From Takakia lepidozioides (taxonomy: Eukaryota > Plantae > Bryophyta): DNA of 64,000 bases. Location: the NCBI GenBank assembly GCA_030704615.1, contig CM060734.1:57288001-57352000 (forward strand). Reading direction: 5' to 3'. Both the position numbers and the translations under genes were made by a program. Position 1 is the first letter of the stretch; the number at the start of each line of letters is the position of its first letter. Under the pieces are notes generated by a model. It searched no databases. It had not been told where the DNA came from and saw only the letters and a program-made list of their open reading frames with translations. Below, piece after piece: positions 39,501 through 52,407 of this stretch.

Positions 39501-41662
39501 ACAATCCAAGGAAGCTGAACATATCAGTCCAAGATCAGCCAAAAGAACATAAAACAAACAAGTTTATATCCCAACTGTTGCCATGAACTGCACAGGCATA
39601 TAGCAAGGCACACAAAAGATGCTTCATAACAAAAAAAGACCAAGTCAGAAAAGCTGCAAATGAAATCAACGTTTGGCTCTAAGTGGTTTGAAATTTAGAA
39701 CCGCTGTTCTTTCGATGGCGCCAACTGATATCATTTCCTCCATTTCAGCAGGGGAGGCCCATTGATCTAGGGAGTCACCAGTTGATTGAAGATCTGGATG
39801 TCCAACTTGCACGTTCCCCCTGTCTTTGGAAAAGAATTCCAAGGTGTCCCCATATTCGGCGTCAAATATTGAGAGAAGGGTAGCCCCCTGCTCCTCGGAG
39901 CATCTCCGCACTGTGCCCAACAAGACCCCCCACATGGGCCTGATTTGTGAGTTGTTGCTCCCAGGTGTTTCTATTTAAAATAAAAAATAAAAAATTGGGT
40001 GTCTTATTGCATGCCAAGCATAGTTTTTATTGTTATTTTTCAAATAGCTTCATGATCTGGGGATTTCGATTGGCTGTGCATATTTTGAGAATCTTGGAAT
40101 ATTTCCCTCGCTGATGTGTGGAGGCTCACGCCATGGTCACGCGCTACCCAACCTCACGATTGTCAAAACAAGCAATGGATAATTGGTTGGTTAGGTTTTT
40201 TCATATTCTGTGGTTTTTTTATTTTTTATTTTTTAAAGCTAACAGGGGATAGTGGCCCTGGGATATATTTATCATAAATTATTATGAGGAAAAACAATTA
40301 AAACCCTTGGATGCGCCATGAGGCACACACACCGATGTGAGTGATTGTCCTTATCTACTCCCTCCGGAGTAATAGCATATCTCGCTAGCCATTGTATATT
40401 GCATTTTACCCATCAAAAGTCAATCATGCTCCTGCACTACAAGAGATTGCATTGTTACGAATCTAGTGCAATGAAGAGTTTCCAATCATCAACGGAAGTG
40501 GAGTTCTCCTATTCCGGCCCCCTCGACTCGTTGTTGCATGTATGTTCGGGTATCATGTTAATATTATGCACATATAGACATTATGGATGCAGGTGTCATG
40601 TGTTTATGAGCATTTATGAGACACTATGGATGCAATTTTGATTCAGTGTATAATTGTATGGGGGTTGGTATTTGGTATCGTTTCCTTGTGGTTTTCTTGA
40701 ATATTCAAATGGCCATTTGAATAGTTCAGATGGCCATTTCGATATGAATTTGAATTTGAATACTAGTACCATTTTTATTTTATTATTTTTTAATACCATA
40801 TCCGAGTTCATATTTCTAGGTTGTTGACATTCAGATACCATTGCTCATATCCGGATTGATTTTTTTTCTTAAAACCAATCTATGCATACCAGATTCATAC
40901 TTGAAAAAATTAGGGGCTGCATTATTGGAAAATCTACCTGCCTTAAAAAATTCAGCACTACATACTAGGACCCTTCGGTATTTCCAATTCAAGATACCAG
41001 ACCAACAACGGTATGAAGGTCCGCCACTATCTTATCTCGTGGCAAACCCACCTTATTGAGGGTTTCTTGTCTTATCCCCATGATAGTCCCACAAGACCCG
41101 CCTTAGCCCCTAGGATTTGCTAGCGGGATTTAGAATTTCTTTTTGAGTTTTTCCAACTCCACAAATTCCTATTTAACTTTAATGTGACATATCGCATTCC
41201 CCGAGAATAGAAGCCCAAACCACATCGGATGAGCTACACTTCGCCTTCGCATCTAGCTATTATCTGCACAAGCGCTTCTGTAGACCAATGCGACTGGAAG
41301 CAACCTCCGGCCTCATGGTGCAACATCACTACCTCAGTCCATCGCATCGCCGGAGTATGACAGAGACAGGGAAGCTACCAAGCCTTCCAGGTGCCACCCG
41401 CCAGTTAGGGTTTGGGGGGCCGCTCGAGAATCTTGTGGTAGGGTACTACAAATGTTTACAGGAGCATAGAACAGTAGGTTAGGTTAGGAGAGACTCGGGT
41501 TGATACCCGGCGAAACCCAGGTACCGGACCAACACTCCTTCAGACCTTTCGCCTGGGCCCTTTGGGTTGTCCCTTATTGGGTACTTGGTAGGGCCGACGA
41601 GCCTCATGCGTATGTATTTAAGACGGAAATGAGATGATCCTATGAATCAAAATGCAAGAAGT

Positions 41663-41775
41663 CTGAAATGAGATAACGCTATCAATTTGAAATGAAAGAC
41701 GCTATCAATCTGAAATGAGATGACGTCGCTATCAATTTGAAACAAAAGACTCTATCCATATGACATGAGAGACTT
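41663..41775. repeat. ~22-24-bp degenerate minisatellite
   Basis: Units like CTGAAATGAGATAACGCTATCAAT and TTGAAATGAAAGACGCTATCAAT, about five copies. Confidence 0.7.
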
Positions 41776-42842
41776 CTCCATACGTGGTGAGCCCACGGGC
41801 CTTAAGTGTGTGTATTTGAGGCGCTATTAATCTGAAATGAGAGGAATTTGTCTCTTGTATCCTATTTCCATGAAATATTAAGACCATATTACCGTATTTT
41901 TTGTGCTCGCGCCTCTATTTTTCTTTGCTCATAGGTGTGTTTTTCTTTGCTTACGTTCTACTGACCCCTGTAGAATCCATGGGCGAGTAGTATATCCCGG
42001 TGGAAACGTGTTAAGCATGGCATGGGTGGGCGAAGCACGTGTGCAATACATGATATCAAGGGCCAAGGTTGTCCCTTTCATCAAATTACCCCACCCGCAA
42101 GCTATGGAGAGATTGTGTGGTCCGGTGGCCTACCTCAGAATATGCCCGCGGTGATGAGGTTGAACCATATGGAGGTAGAATGTAATAAGATGAATTTTTG
42201 GGGTTATGATCCTTGGCTGTGGTGAATTATTTTGGAGGCCCCGTGTTTGCAATGTAGGAGAAGATGCAACCACATGTGTATTTGAGGAGAGAGCATTGTT
42301 CACTTATTATGTTGTAATATTGTTTTTTTTTTTTTTTGGGGTGGGGGGTGGAGCCATATAGTTAACCATGTATTATTCGCAGGGAAAAAAGCAGCATGTT
42401 TGTTTGATATGGGCATCAGTTATATTTGTTGTTACAAAGAATTGGTATCCCTTGCCTGCGGGCATGTTTGCATGGCCCTCTCATCAATAAAATGTTTGGG
42501 CTTCACCCCATTCAAAATAAAAAATAAAATGGTATTAAAAACAAAAAGCTTATGCAGCGCAAGCCAAAGCAAGCGTCTCTTGACAATGGCTAGTAGCTTC
42601 CAATGGTAAGGTGGACACCTTTACGACATTAACCCCGGTGTCTCTCGATCCTCAATGGCTGCTGCCTTCTAGCGGGAAGGTGCTGCCTTCTAGCGGGAAG
42701 GTGGGACAGTGTAGAAGCAATGGTGGATTGGACCCACAACCACTTCCAAGGTGGATACCCATTACCATTGGGCTAAATGTTGGTTATCGGATTGGCGTAC
42801 AATCAATGGTTCCCTACATTAACACACATTCAGGGCTTCCTC

Positions 42843-42875
<33 letters not shown>

Positions 42876-43092
42876 TGTGTGTACCAGCCCCACCAACAAG
42901 TGTTCCTTGGGGGGGTAAATGAACCTCCTTTCAGGGTCATGAAGGCCATAGGAGCGTATTATTAGGCACTTCGCCTAATAATCAATAAAAACGAAATATT
43001 ATTAGGCGGATTTGTTTTTATTATTTAGGCACCTCACCTAGGTAATTTCCAAACATTAGGCATGTATTACAGTCGACCCTGGATAAATAATG

Positions 43093-43336
43093 AACAATTG
43101 TTTTTTACCTCCCTCAAAAACTATTGTTGAGGTAATTTTCTTTAAAAAAACATAATGGTCTTGAAAATAAATATTACCCCAACAATTGCTTTTGACCTCC
43201 CTCAAAAACTATTGTTGAGGTAATTTTCCTTAAAAAAAACATAATGGTCTTGAAAATAGATATTACCCCAACAATTGCTTTTGACCTCCCTCAAAAACTA
43301 TTGTTGAGGTAATTTTCTTTAAAAAAAACATAATGC
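43093..43336. repeat. 88-89-bp tandem repeat x~2.7
   Basis: AACAATTG...ACCTCCCTCAAAAACTATTGTTGAGGTAATTTTC starting at 43093, 43181 and 43270. Confidence 0.9.
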
Positions 43337-45271
43337 TTGATATGTGATAAAAGAATGGTTGGAGTGAAGGCTGTATGTACTAAACCCTAAGCCTTTCCAA
43401 CTGTTTCTTTTTGTTTTTTTTTCCTATACCTAAACATCTGGCACAACCCTTCTTCTCTTTGCTTGTGTTTTTCACATTTTGGTGTTTTTCACAATTTTCG
43501 AGCAATTAGGCACTTCTCAAAGAAATTTTTCCAAGTTTTAGGCACATTTTCCAAAAATGTTCTAAATTTAATTAGGCACTTGATTTTGAATTAATTATTG
43601 CCTAATAAGCTAGGTCGGTAGGGTAGTTCTATCCCTGAGACAGAGAAACAACTCACCACGATTTGAACCCCAGACCCACATATTTATGCTCAAAGTGTCT
43701 TACAAGTGGGCCTTGAAAGGCTACATAGTAACATTTGTACATAAATATAACAAATCCATTATTTTTGTTATTTTCATTTCCAAGGAATCACCAGCCCCAG
43801 CAACTTACTTGGGAAAATAACCCCCTCCTTGGGGCCATGAAGGCAAATAGGGGTTTAGGGTTTAGGGCCCAGACCCAAGGCAGAGAACAGGGGTTTGAAC
43901 CCCAGACGTGGCCAATGCACAAGATGTTTTACCACCGGACGCTACACGCCTTTGTGTGCTCCATTATTACTAATACAGTCGACCTTGCTTCTTTGATAGG
44001 CCTCTAGAGTATGATTTTTTCTAACAGATAGCCATGTATCACATATAACCGAAAAGCAGGGCAAATTTTTGTAAATTAACATTTACAAGAGGCACAGTAA
44101 ACCAGGTCATGCCAATGAAAGATAACATTTATTCATTGAGTAGGTTGAAAATATGAGAGAATGTCGATTTGTCGACAAGTAGAATGCCTAGCTAAAATCA
44201 CTTCCTTGTGGATTGCTAAGCACTTCACGAGACAAGCCCTACTATCAGTGTTTTGTTGCGCAAGATATAAATGTAAAGTGTGGATGGCAGCTTGAACCTC
44301 ATGAATGGATGAATAGATGGATGGATACTCAGCTTGAACCTCAAGAATGGATGAATGGATGCTCTATGTCGGATGAGCATGAATGGATGTTCTATATTGG
44401 GGATGGGCTCTCTATGGAATCTAACTACTATGGAGGTGCCTTAACACTATGAAGAGTAGGATAAACTAACAAATTAACTGGCACTTAACACTCTTGACAT
44501 GGTTTCTAGTGTATTTTTTTTGCAGAGTATCAAAACCATAACATTTACAGTGAAAAAACTCATAAGCAGGTAACAGTAAGGCAGGGTCGAGTGTAGCTAC
44601 AACTCAATTAATCACATTAAAAAAAAAAAATCACAGTGGTTTTTCTTAAAAACATTTAGTGAATTGTACCGAGTCTCAGGGTTGGCACCTCTATGGCATC
44701 CCCTGTTTAAAATATAATAAACAAATAAAAACAACAAAAATGGCAAAAATGACAGTGATAATACTATAAAGCTTGTCACTGATCTCTCACCGTAATTTTA
44801 TGTTTGATTTTTAATGACTTTTGGGTCACTTCAGAAACGATAGTGTGGTCAAGTCAGGAGGGACTGAGGGGTAAAGCCACGCTCGTTGAACGTTGGATAG
44901 CACTTGACCCCCGCACTTGTGCCGCCCTTGGAGGACTCGAAGAAACCAAGCGGGCCGACACTGAGCTGAAAGTCTCCTCTCAGGATCAGTGTTCCTCTCT
45001 CCTCTCTCTCATTCAGTCTAAGCTTTTCAGTTTAAATTTCTGTTCAAAATAGACGAGTTGTAGCAGTGCAGAGGCATAAAATCTCAGGCAGTTTTCTCGG
45101 GTCATGTAGATCTGAACCTAGTGAAGTAACTGGACGTTATTCTAGATTCAGTGCAGCAAAGTGCATATTTGCTGAAATTAGTATCCGGTGAGTTCTTGTT
45201 CAGCTTGAATCTAGTGAGCGAGATTGTAATACCTAGATCTCGTCAACTCTTCTGAGTTTGGGGGACGAAGC

Positions 45272-48200
45272 ATGAAGGACAGTTGCAGGGTGATGAGAAG
45301 GGCGGTTAATGCCAACCAGCTCCTCGACATGCCGATCAGGAGCCCAACTTCATGCAGAGGCCCTAGTATCATGCTCCACAATGTTGGCCGGCAAAATTCG
45401 GTCCTATTAAGTGACACGAGATCTTGGCCAAGAGGATTCAAATTGGTTGCAAATCTAATTACAGTATTCCTCTGTCTCCTAGATGCCACTGCAACCCAGG
45501 CTGCAACCACGGCAGCAAGCGACACGACAGATTGCGCACGGTCATGTGGGAAAGTTAGTATCAGATACCCCTTCGGAACAAGTATGGGATGTGGACTCTC
45601 AGAATTTCAGTTGAGTTGCATAAATGATAGCAGCTCTGGGCTTGCAGACAATCCTGCTCTGTTCCTCGAATCCCTCTCCGGGAAAAAGCTTCAAGTTACG
45701 GAAATCCTGACCACCACCCTCTTGATCAACGCAACAAGCATAAGGGCAACAAACACACAGGGAGGGAAATGTGACAATCCTTCATTGGGCAATGCCCAAG
45801 TCGGCGTTCCATCGAACTCTCCATATGCTTTCACAGGGAATAATAACTTCTTTGTTGCGGGTTGGGATGCGACTGGAAATCTCACAATAGATGGATCGTG
45901 CGGCGGGAGTTGCAGTACGCCCTGTAAACGAATTTCTTCATCTTCTGTAGATGGTTACTGCAACGGTTACGGCTGTTGCACGATTCCGATTACGTCCGGC
46001 TCTCGAAATCTGTCGTTTTTTGGAGGAGGAGGTTCAAATAGTTTTTCTAGTGTCATTTATCCTGCAAGCTATAAGAAGCCCTGCAAGGGAGCAGGTGGTC
46101 AGTACGATCTTGAGCTGGGTTGGGCAATTGAATGGTCTAGTAATTCATCAACAGCGTGTTGTGATGAGGCGAAAAACTTAGGTTCAAGCTATGCTTGCGA
46201 CAAGAATGCATTCTGCAGAGTATCAGATGTATATCCACTCCATCAACGGTTGCACGGAAAGGTTAGCTTGGGTTACAATTGTTTCTGCAACGATGGCTAC
46301 AGTGGGGATGGATATACCAACGGCACAAAATGCGTCGGTAAGTTGTCAGACTCTCATCCGAAGTCCTGCGTCATTCACGAATTAACTCACAGAATTCCGG
46401 CTACTATCTTCCAACTCGTTGATCTACGAAGTAACGTGCACACGATTTGTCTTAGAGCTCTAGACTAATTAGTGTCTAGAGGGTGAGCTCGAGAGCAGGG
46501 AGAGCTCGGCCGTCAGGATTCCTTAAGACACTAGGGTTATCGTACTACTTCTCGCTGCGAGAGACATCACGCACCAAAGTGGGCGTAATTTAATAAGCGA
46601 CTCGTCCCTTTCGAGGGTGGGCTCTATGAGGTTGGCTTCTCGTTGGCTTGAAGGTCATACAGTGGGGCGAGCGCGAGTCGTATGTATCAACTATCAAGTT
46701 TGTGACAGGTAACTAGTGTGACATTAAGTCTGAAGGCGAGTGGAGGTCGTCCCAAGTAGTGAGAGCTCTAGAGCGGGGAGACCTGATCAAGCGGTAATTT
46801 CCAAAGAGTCTAGTCTAGTCGGATTAGATCTAGATACAGTCAGGTAGTGGACTTTGTCTAAGCTGCGTGAGAGCTGACATCGAGAGACTTGGAACTTTGA
46901 ACATTTTCTCAACTGCAGACATCGATGAGTGTTTGGATCCAACATTGAACAAGTGTGCCGCGAATGCTCATTGCACCAACACGCCTGGTAACTACACCTG
47001 CACCTGCAACAATGGATACAGAGGGGATGGATACCTCAACGGCACTGGATGTGTTGGTAAGTTGGTTCAAGAACTTTAATACCGTGAAGTTATATAGCAC
47101 TTGGTGTGAGCTGTATCCACTGGCCCCTCCAACTGGCATGTGCAATCAAGAACCTAGATCCACATTGTGAGTAGTGCACGATACTTGTCCTGGGCGAGTA
47201 GAAGGTCGTCTCAAGTTGTGACAGCTCCTCAGAAAGGGAGACCTGATCAAGGTAGCCTGGTAATAATTTCGAAAAAGTCCAGTCCTGAAGGTTACATGTA
47301 TACACTATGTGACTAGTGTGAGTTATAAGTCAAGCGAGTGGACTGAGTGTAATTAAGCTACTTTAGAGCTCTCTGGACAAGTGACAAGTGACATTGTAAA
47401 GTTCCTAGCACGTGAATGATGATCTTATCCCTTGTGGAGATTTATGCTTGCGACATCAAGTGACTTGGAACATTGAACATTTGCTCAACTGCAGACATCA
47501 ACGAGTGCTTAGATCCAACGTTGAACAAGTGCACCGCGAATGCTACTTGCACCAACACGCCTGGTTCCTACAACTGCACCTGCAACAGTGGATCCAGAGG
47601 AGATGGATACCTCAACAGCGCTGGATGTGTTGGTAAGTTGGTTCCTTCAAGAAGTCAACTGGTAATTTCGAAAGACGAACTCCAACTAATTATAATGAAT
47701 TTGAAGTCCCTTTGTTGTTTGCAAAGCTCGCAGTGCATAATATTCAGGAGTCCATATGTGTACATTCATTTAAGGCAACCTGGAATCACGTATGTGGCAT
47801 TGAGTACTTGGGAATTTTGAATGCTCAAATGCAGACATCAATGAGTGTTCCAATTCGACATGGAACCAGTGTGCCTCGAATGCTGATTGCATGAACACGC
47901 CTGGTTCCTACACCTGCACCTGCAGCAACAACGGATTCTCTGGAAACGGGGTCACAAACGGGCCGATCAGTGGTTGTCATTCTTCGGATGACGACGACAA
48001 TACTGGACTGATTGTAGGTAATGCACTGGTCACAAGTTGTTGAAATTTCTAGAAGTTGAATAGATCTGCTATATTGTAAGTACTAGCTTGATCAAAATAC
48101 GAACTTATACCCTGGATATCAATTGAATACTTCTAGGTTGATCCGAAAAGTGATGAATGCTTTGAATAAGACTTGAAGGGATACGAAACTTGCATGTGGC

Positions 48201-49436
48201 CAGGATCAACCAGAGGTTTGCTGCAGTGTTGAGTATGAGTACACGTAAATTCACTCTGTTGCTTTCTCTCGTTGTAGGTCCGGGCTAAGATCATCTCAAA
48301 AGAGCGTGTTTAGATTATACTTCCAGGGCACTTATCACTGTATATAGAACTCAACTTGATACCTACACATTGCAGGTGTTACCGTTGGTCCCTCTCTTTT
48401 GCTTGTAATCATCCTCCTCTGTGCACTCCTGTGTCGAAAAAGAAGAGAGAGCGAGAGGCGTCGGATTGAGTTAGAACACTATAAGGAAATCGGTACGAAA
48501 GATGTAGGAAGAGTGTTTTCAGTCGCAGAGCTCCACAAGGCCACGGTTGGTTATTCTGACGAGATTGGAGAAGGTGGCTTTGGTAAAGTGTACCATGGTA
48601 CTCTAGACTGTGGGACGAATGTGGCAGTGAAGAAACCAAATCCGCGGAGGAATTTGGAAGCCGATGGCGTAACTCAGCTTCTGAACGAGGTGGCGGTTTT
48701 GCTGCAGCTCAACCATCGCAATCTAGTCCAGCTGCGTGGATGTTGCCTGGAGAAGAGGGTCCCTCTGCTTGTGTACGAGTACATGTCACAGGGTAGCCTC
48801 TGTGACCACCTGCATGGAAAGTACTCGGACGAGGGACGATTGATTTGGAGCCAACGCTTGCAAATTGCAATTGATACTGCAGAGGCCTTGGCGTACCTCC
48901 ACAATCATGCGTCTCCCGAGTCTATTATTCACAGAAATATCAAGTCTTCGAACATCCTCCTAGATGATAGACTTACCGCGAAAGTTTCGGATTTTGGAAT
49001 CTCTCTCCAGGTCCACAACGATGCGACGCATATGTCAACACAACCTGCGGGGACAAACGGATACATGGACCCGGAGACTATCTATACCCGGCAAATGACA
49101 GACAAGAGTGATGTATACAGTTTTGGTGTGGTGTTGCTGGAGTTGATCACCTCTCAGAAACCATTGGGCACGAGAGAAGATTCGGACTGTGTTAACTTGC
49201 CACAGGTGCACTGGGTTCCCGCAGTACAGCAGGGAAATCTGCACACAATTGTGGACTCCAAGCTCCTGGAAGACGGTTCCGTGAGCGTGAACGCCATAGA
49301 GTGTGTGGCACAGTTGGCAGTTTCGTGCTTGGCCCATCGCGGACAAGAACGTCCATCGATGAAGCAAGTGGTAGAGGTGCTCCGCAAATCAAGTAGTGGT
49401 CCCACTGACAACTTTCAGCACCGTGCGACCATCTAA
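45272..49436 (+). CDS. WAK copy 2: GUB_WAK domain, 4 EGF modules, TM, kinase domain with HRN in place of HRD (predicted pseudokinase); exons 45272-46337, 46919-47056, 47495-47632, 47835-48017, 48376-49436
   Basis: Close paralog of 3475-6879; three phase-1 EGF_CA exons (DIDEC, DINEC, DINEC); frame is open through all exons; CAC AGA AAT at 48930-48938. Start codon uncertain. Confidence 0.9.
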
Positions 49437-50293
49437 TATAATTTTTTTGGATATCGGATGTGGGCTGAAGGGGCTTGGAGAAGGTTCCCATGCTTGACTA
49501 AAACAGTCTAGACTCGACCCATCCCAGTTGTGTTCCACATTCCACGGATCACATGACACTTTTTCTCATTACTAGCGAGTAGACAGTAGACCATTCTTTA
49601 CCAACGCCTCACGAACGAAAGGTAGTCCTGAAGGCTTGGGGTTTTGCTTGTAGCACTACAGGTAGATGTTCTGAATTCAGTAGGATTCAACTTCTTCGCC
49701 TCTGGAGTTACAGAGACATGATTTGCATTCAATTTGGAGTCAGGAGACCCAGTTTGCACTTCAGGATCGACCTTCCGGTCCCTCCCCCGTGTCGGAGACT
49801 CCCTGGACCCTGGCTAGGCCGGACAGCTTCAATGGAGCGAGAAGACGACATCAACTCAACTGGCGCAGTCTGCATAAGAAGAACGGAAATTCGAAAACTA
49901 CAGTTTATCGAAACTTCGGCAAAAAAGATAGACTTCCTGTTCTCTCTCGTACAGTCACATTTAATTGGTTCTTTTAGAAAGCTTTGAACCAGAGGATTCA
50001 TTCCCTGTTGTATATTTCAGAATGTGTGGGCGGTGTTCTTGAGCATTGTGCTCGGCGCCTCCCCTTTTTCAAAAAGGTCAGTAGATGCCGAAGAAGGTCT
50101 TGAGTCAGGAATAGAGAAAGAGAATAAGGAGAGGGCAGATGCATGCACGGCACACATTTAGCATTGAGAATGGCATCACAGCTGATTTGTCGGAGATGCA
50201 AGGGTGGGTAATAGTCCTGTGATGAGAATTCACAGCTTCAGTCTTGTAATATGCTGATGGTGAGATGCCGAAGAAGGTCTTGAGTCAGGAATA

Positions 50294-50342
50294 GAAATGA
50301 AATGAAATGGTGCTTTATAACGTCCGCGGAAAGCTCATAGAG
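50294..50342 (-). mobile_element. ~50-bp 3'-terminal insertion of LINE family B
   Basis: Reverse complement CTCTATGAGCTTTCCGCGGACGTTATAAAGCACCATTTCATTTCATTTC matches 13770-13818; absent from the adjacent duplicate at 50083-50183. Confidence 0.85.
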
Positions 50343-51750
50343 TAAAGAGAAAGAGTAATGAGAGGGCAGATGCATGCAGGTCACATTTAGCATTGAGAAT
50401 AGCAGCACAGATGGCTTCTCGGAAATATGGGCTACGGACTTTTTGTGCAAGTCCATGCACATATGACGAGAGGTACTAGTGTTTAGGCTGCCACAAGCAA
50501 GTAAAATATGTGTACTGGAGTCTGTGCATCCAGCGGGTTCTAGAAAGTGAATGCTTACCATTTTTGTGGGATGACCTGATGTAGGATGAGGGTGTATCAG
50601 CTCTTCAAGACTGTGCACAATCCCCGTGACTCGGCAATACATCCTGGAAGTTATAGATATGTCCATTCTAGAAATGGAATACCCTTACGGAAAGGGTGCG
50701 TACAATGCTTTAGTGCCATCATGTGTGAGTGTGGCCTCAGATGACCTCCCACAAAACACTGTACGAGTATGTTGTTCAGGCTTGTAATAATTCTGTAGTG
50801 TGACAATGCTGTGCCTGGGGAAGTTGATACACGATTTCCACGGCAGCCATAGAACTATTGCTAGCCAGTGGGCCACAGTAATTCCTGGACCACTCTAGAA
50901 TCAGGGCCCGAATGAAACTGCTCTACATATTTGTCCATGTATTAATTAAAATAACAATTACAGCTGGGGTATTTGTGCGGCATGAGATACCACGTTTGCA
51001 TAGGAGTGTTGTGAGAGACCCATAAGCATAAGATCGTGAGGAAGAAATATCAGGGAGAGGGGTCTGGTAGATCGTGGAGAAGGGGGAAGTTAGCAAAGGC
51101 TCCTGAATTCTTTGTTACATGTACAGTCTCTATGCTTCAAATATACTATCACGGGCTGACCTCAGATCTTTTGGGCTAGTCTTCAACTCGTCATCTCCTG
51201 ATTTCATGGATCGGTGAACAAGAGTGCTGCTTTCTTAAACCGCAAGTTGAGTGCAAAAGCATAGCGTTACACCTTTGAATAGAAACTCTCGTGGGTTAGT
51301 TCGCTACTAAGCTGCATCTCAGCCTGGACTCAGTCTTTGTACATACAAATTGCCATAGTTGCTGGTGGTGTGCGCGTGCTCTGGTCAACCTGGATTTATG
51401 CATGCTGAGCACTCTAATTTTAGCAAACCATGTTATCGAGCGGCTGTTTGATGCTTCTAGATGAACTCTCTGGTGATGGTGGGAATATCTAGCATACTAG
51501 ACATGATCTTGCAATCTTCAGAGAAGAAGCTGACTTCCTCGATTGATTGTCAACTCTGATAATCCACGTTGTGCATGACAGTGACCTGCCGTCTCAGGGA
51601 GGAACTTGATATGGTCCATAGATTGTAGCTCCAAATGTGAAAAAATCGTGCCTAGATGTAGATCCAACATTTGAGCATTCGGGAAGGGCGCTGCGGGCAT
51701 TATTCCGACGTTGCAAGCGTATAAATAAAAGTAATCGATCACACACAGTG

Positions 51751-52407
51751 ATGAGTACTTCTAGTAAAGCGGATGTCTACCTTGAAGGAGGAGTAGCAAG
51801 TCTTGTTGTTAAGCACCTTGGATGTTTGCTTAAAGAGGGATTGCACTCAGACATCACCATTCAGTCTGCTGATGGCTTTAGCATTCCAGCGCACCGCAAC
51901 ATTTTGGCCACCATGTCGCCAGTATTTCGTGCTATGTTTACCACGGATTACTATAAAGAGCATCATACATCTGTGGTGGAGGTATCAGATGCAAGTGCAA
52001 AGGCTCTCGAGATGTTTCTGACTTTTATCTACGGGGGAGACATCGATTCTGAAAGTCTCAAAGATCATGGTTTGGAGGTTTTGATGTTGATACACAAGTA
52101 CGACATAACTTATGCTATGAAGGAATATTATACTTCGTGGTTGAAGAAATTGGTTACCTGTGACACTTGTTGGAAATATTTGGAGTACGGCGATTTGTAC
52201 GATGAGGAGCTTTTCGAGCACTGCGCAGGTTTCATAAGTAGACATTTTCACAAGGTATTGCAGGCTGAGAGTTATGCAGACTTGAATGGAAGGAAGCCAA
52301 ATCTTGTCAGTGCGGTTATAAGATGTGCTGCTCAAACAATGGAATCAAAAATGATAATCAAGTCTTACTGCAAGCCATATTCAAGCATATGGTTCAAGGT
52401 AACATGA
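51751..52407 (+). CDS. BTB/POZ domain protein with BACK-like helical extension (single exon)
   Basis: HSDITI...IPAHRNILATMSPVFRAMF...LEMFLTFIYG...HKYDI is the BTB consensus; first ATG at 51751; TATAAAT at 51720. Confidence 0.85.
   Translation: MSTSSKADVYLEGGVASLVVKHLGCLLKEGLHSDITIQSADGFSIPAHRNILATMSPVFRAMFTTDYYKEHHTSVVEVSDASAKALEMFLTFIYGGDIDSESLKDHGLEVLMLIHKYDITYAMKEYYTSWLKKLVTCDTCWKYLEYGDLYDEELFEHCAGFISRHFHKVLQAESYADLNGRKPNLVSAVIRCAAQTMESKMIIKSYCKPYSSIWFKVT

Noticed and set aside
37650-40160. Possible decayed DNA transposon (GCTCACGC repeats, GCTACCCAACCTC at ~37971 and ~40142)
   Set aside because: Both motifs are in the same orientation and no transposase motif could be read with confidence
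40453-41450. Possible solo LTR (TGTTACG...TACTACA)
   Set aside because: No matching TSD, PBS, PPT or second LTR
43093-43336. Repeat array considered as CRISPR-like
   Set aside because: Whole 88-89-bp units repeat with no unique spacers; eukaryotic context; no cas genes
42932-43638. Possible hAT element with CAGGG termini and TAGGCA subterminal repeats
   Set aside because: Weak TIR match, no 8-bp TSD, and the left motif also belongs to another repeat seen near 43820
51637-51750. N-terminal extension of the BTB ORF in the ORF track
   Set aside because: Begins at GTG and spans a TATA-like box; the first ATG is at 51751
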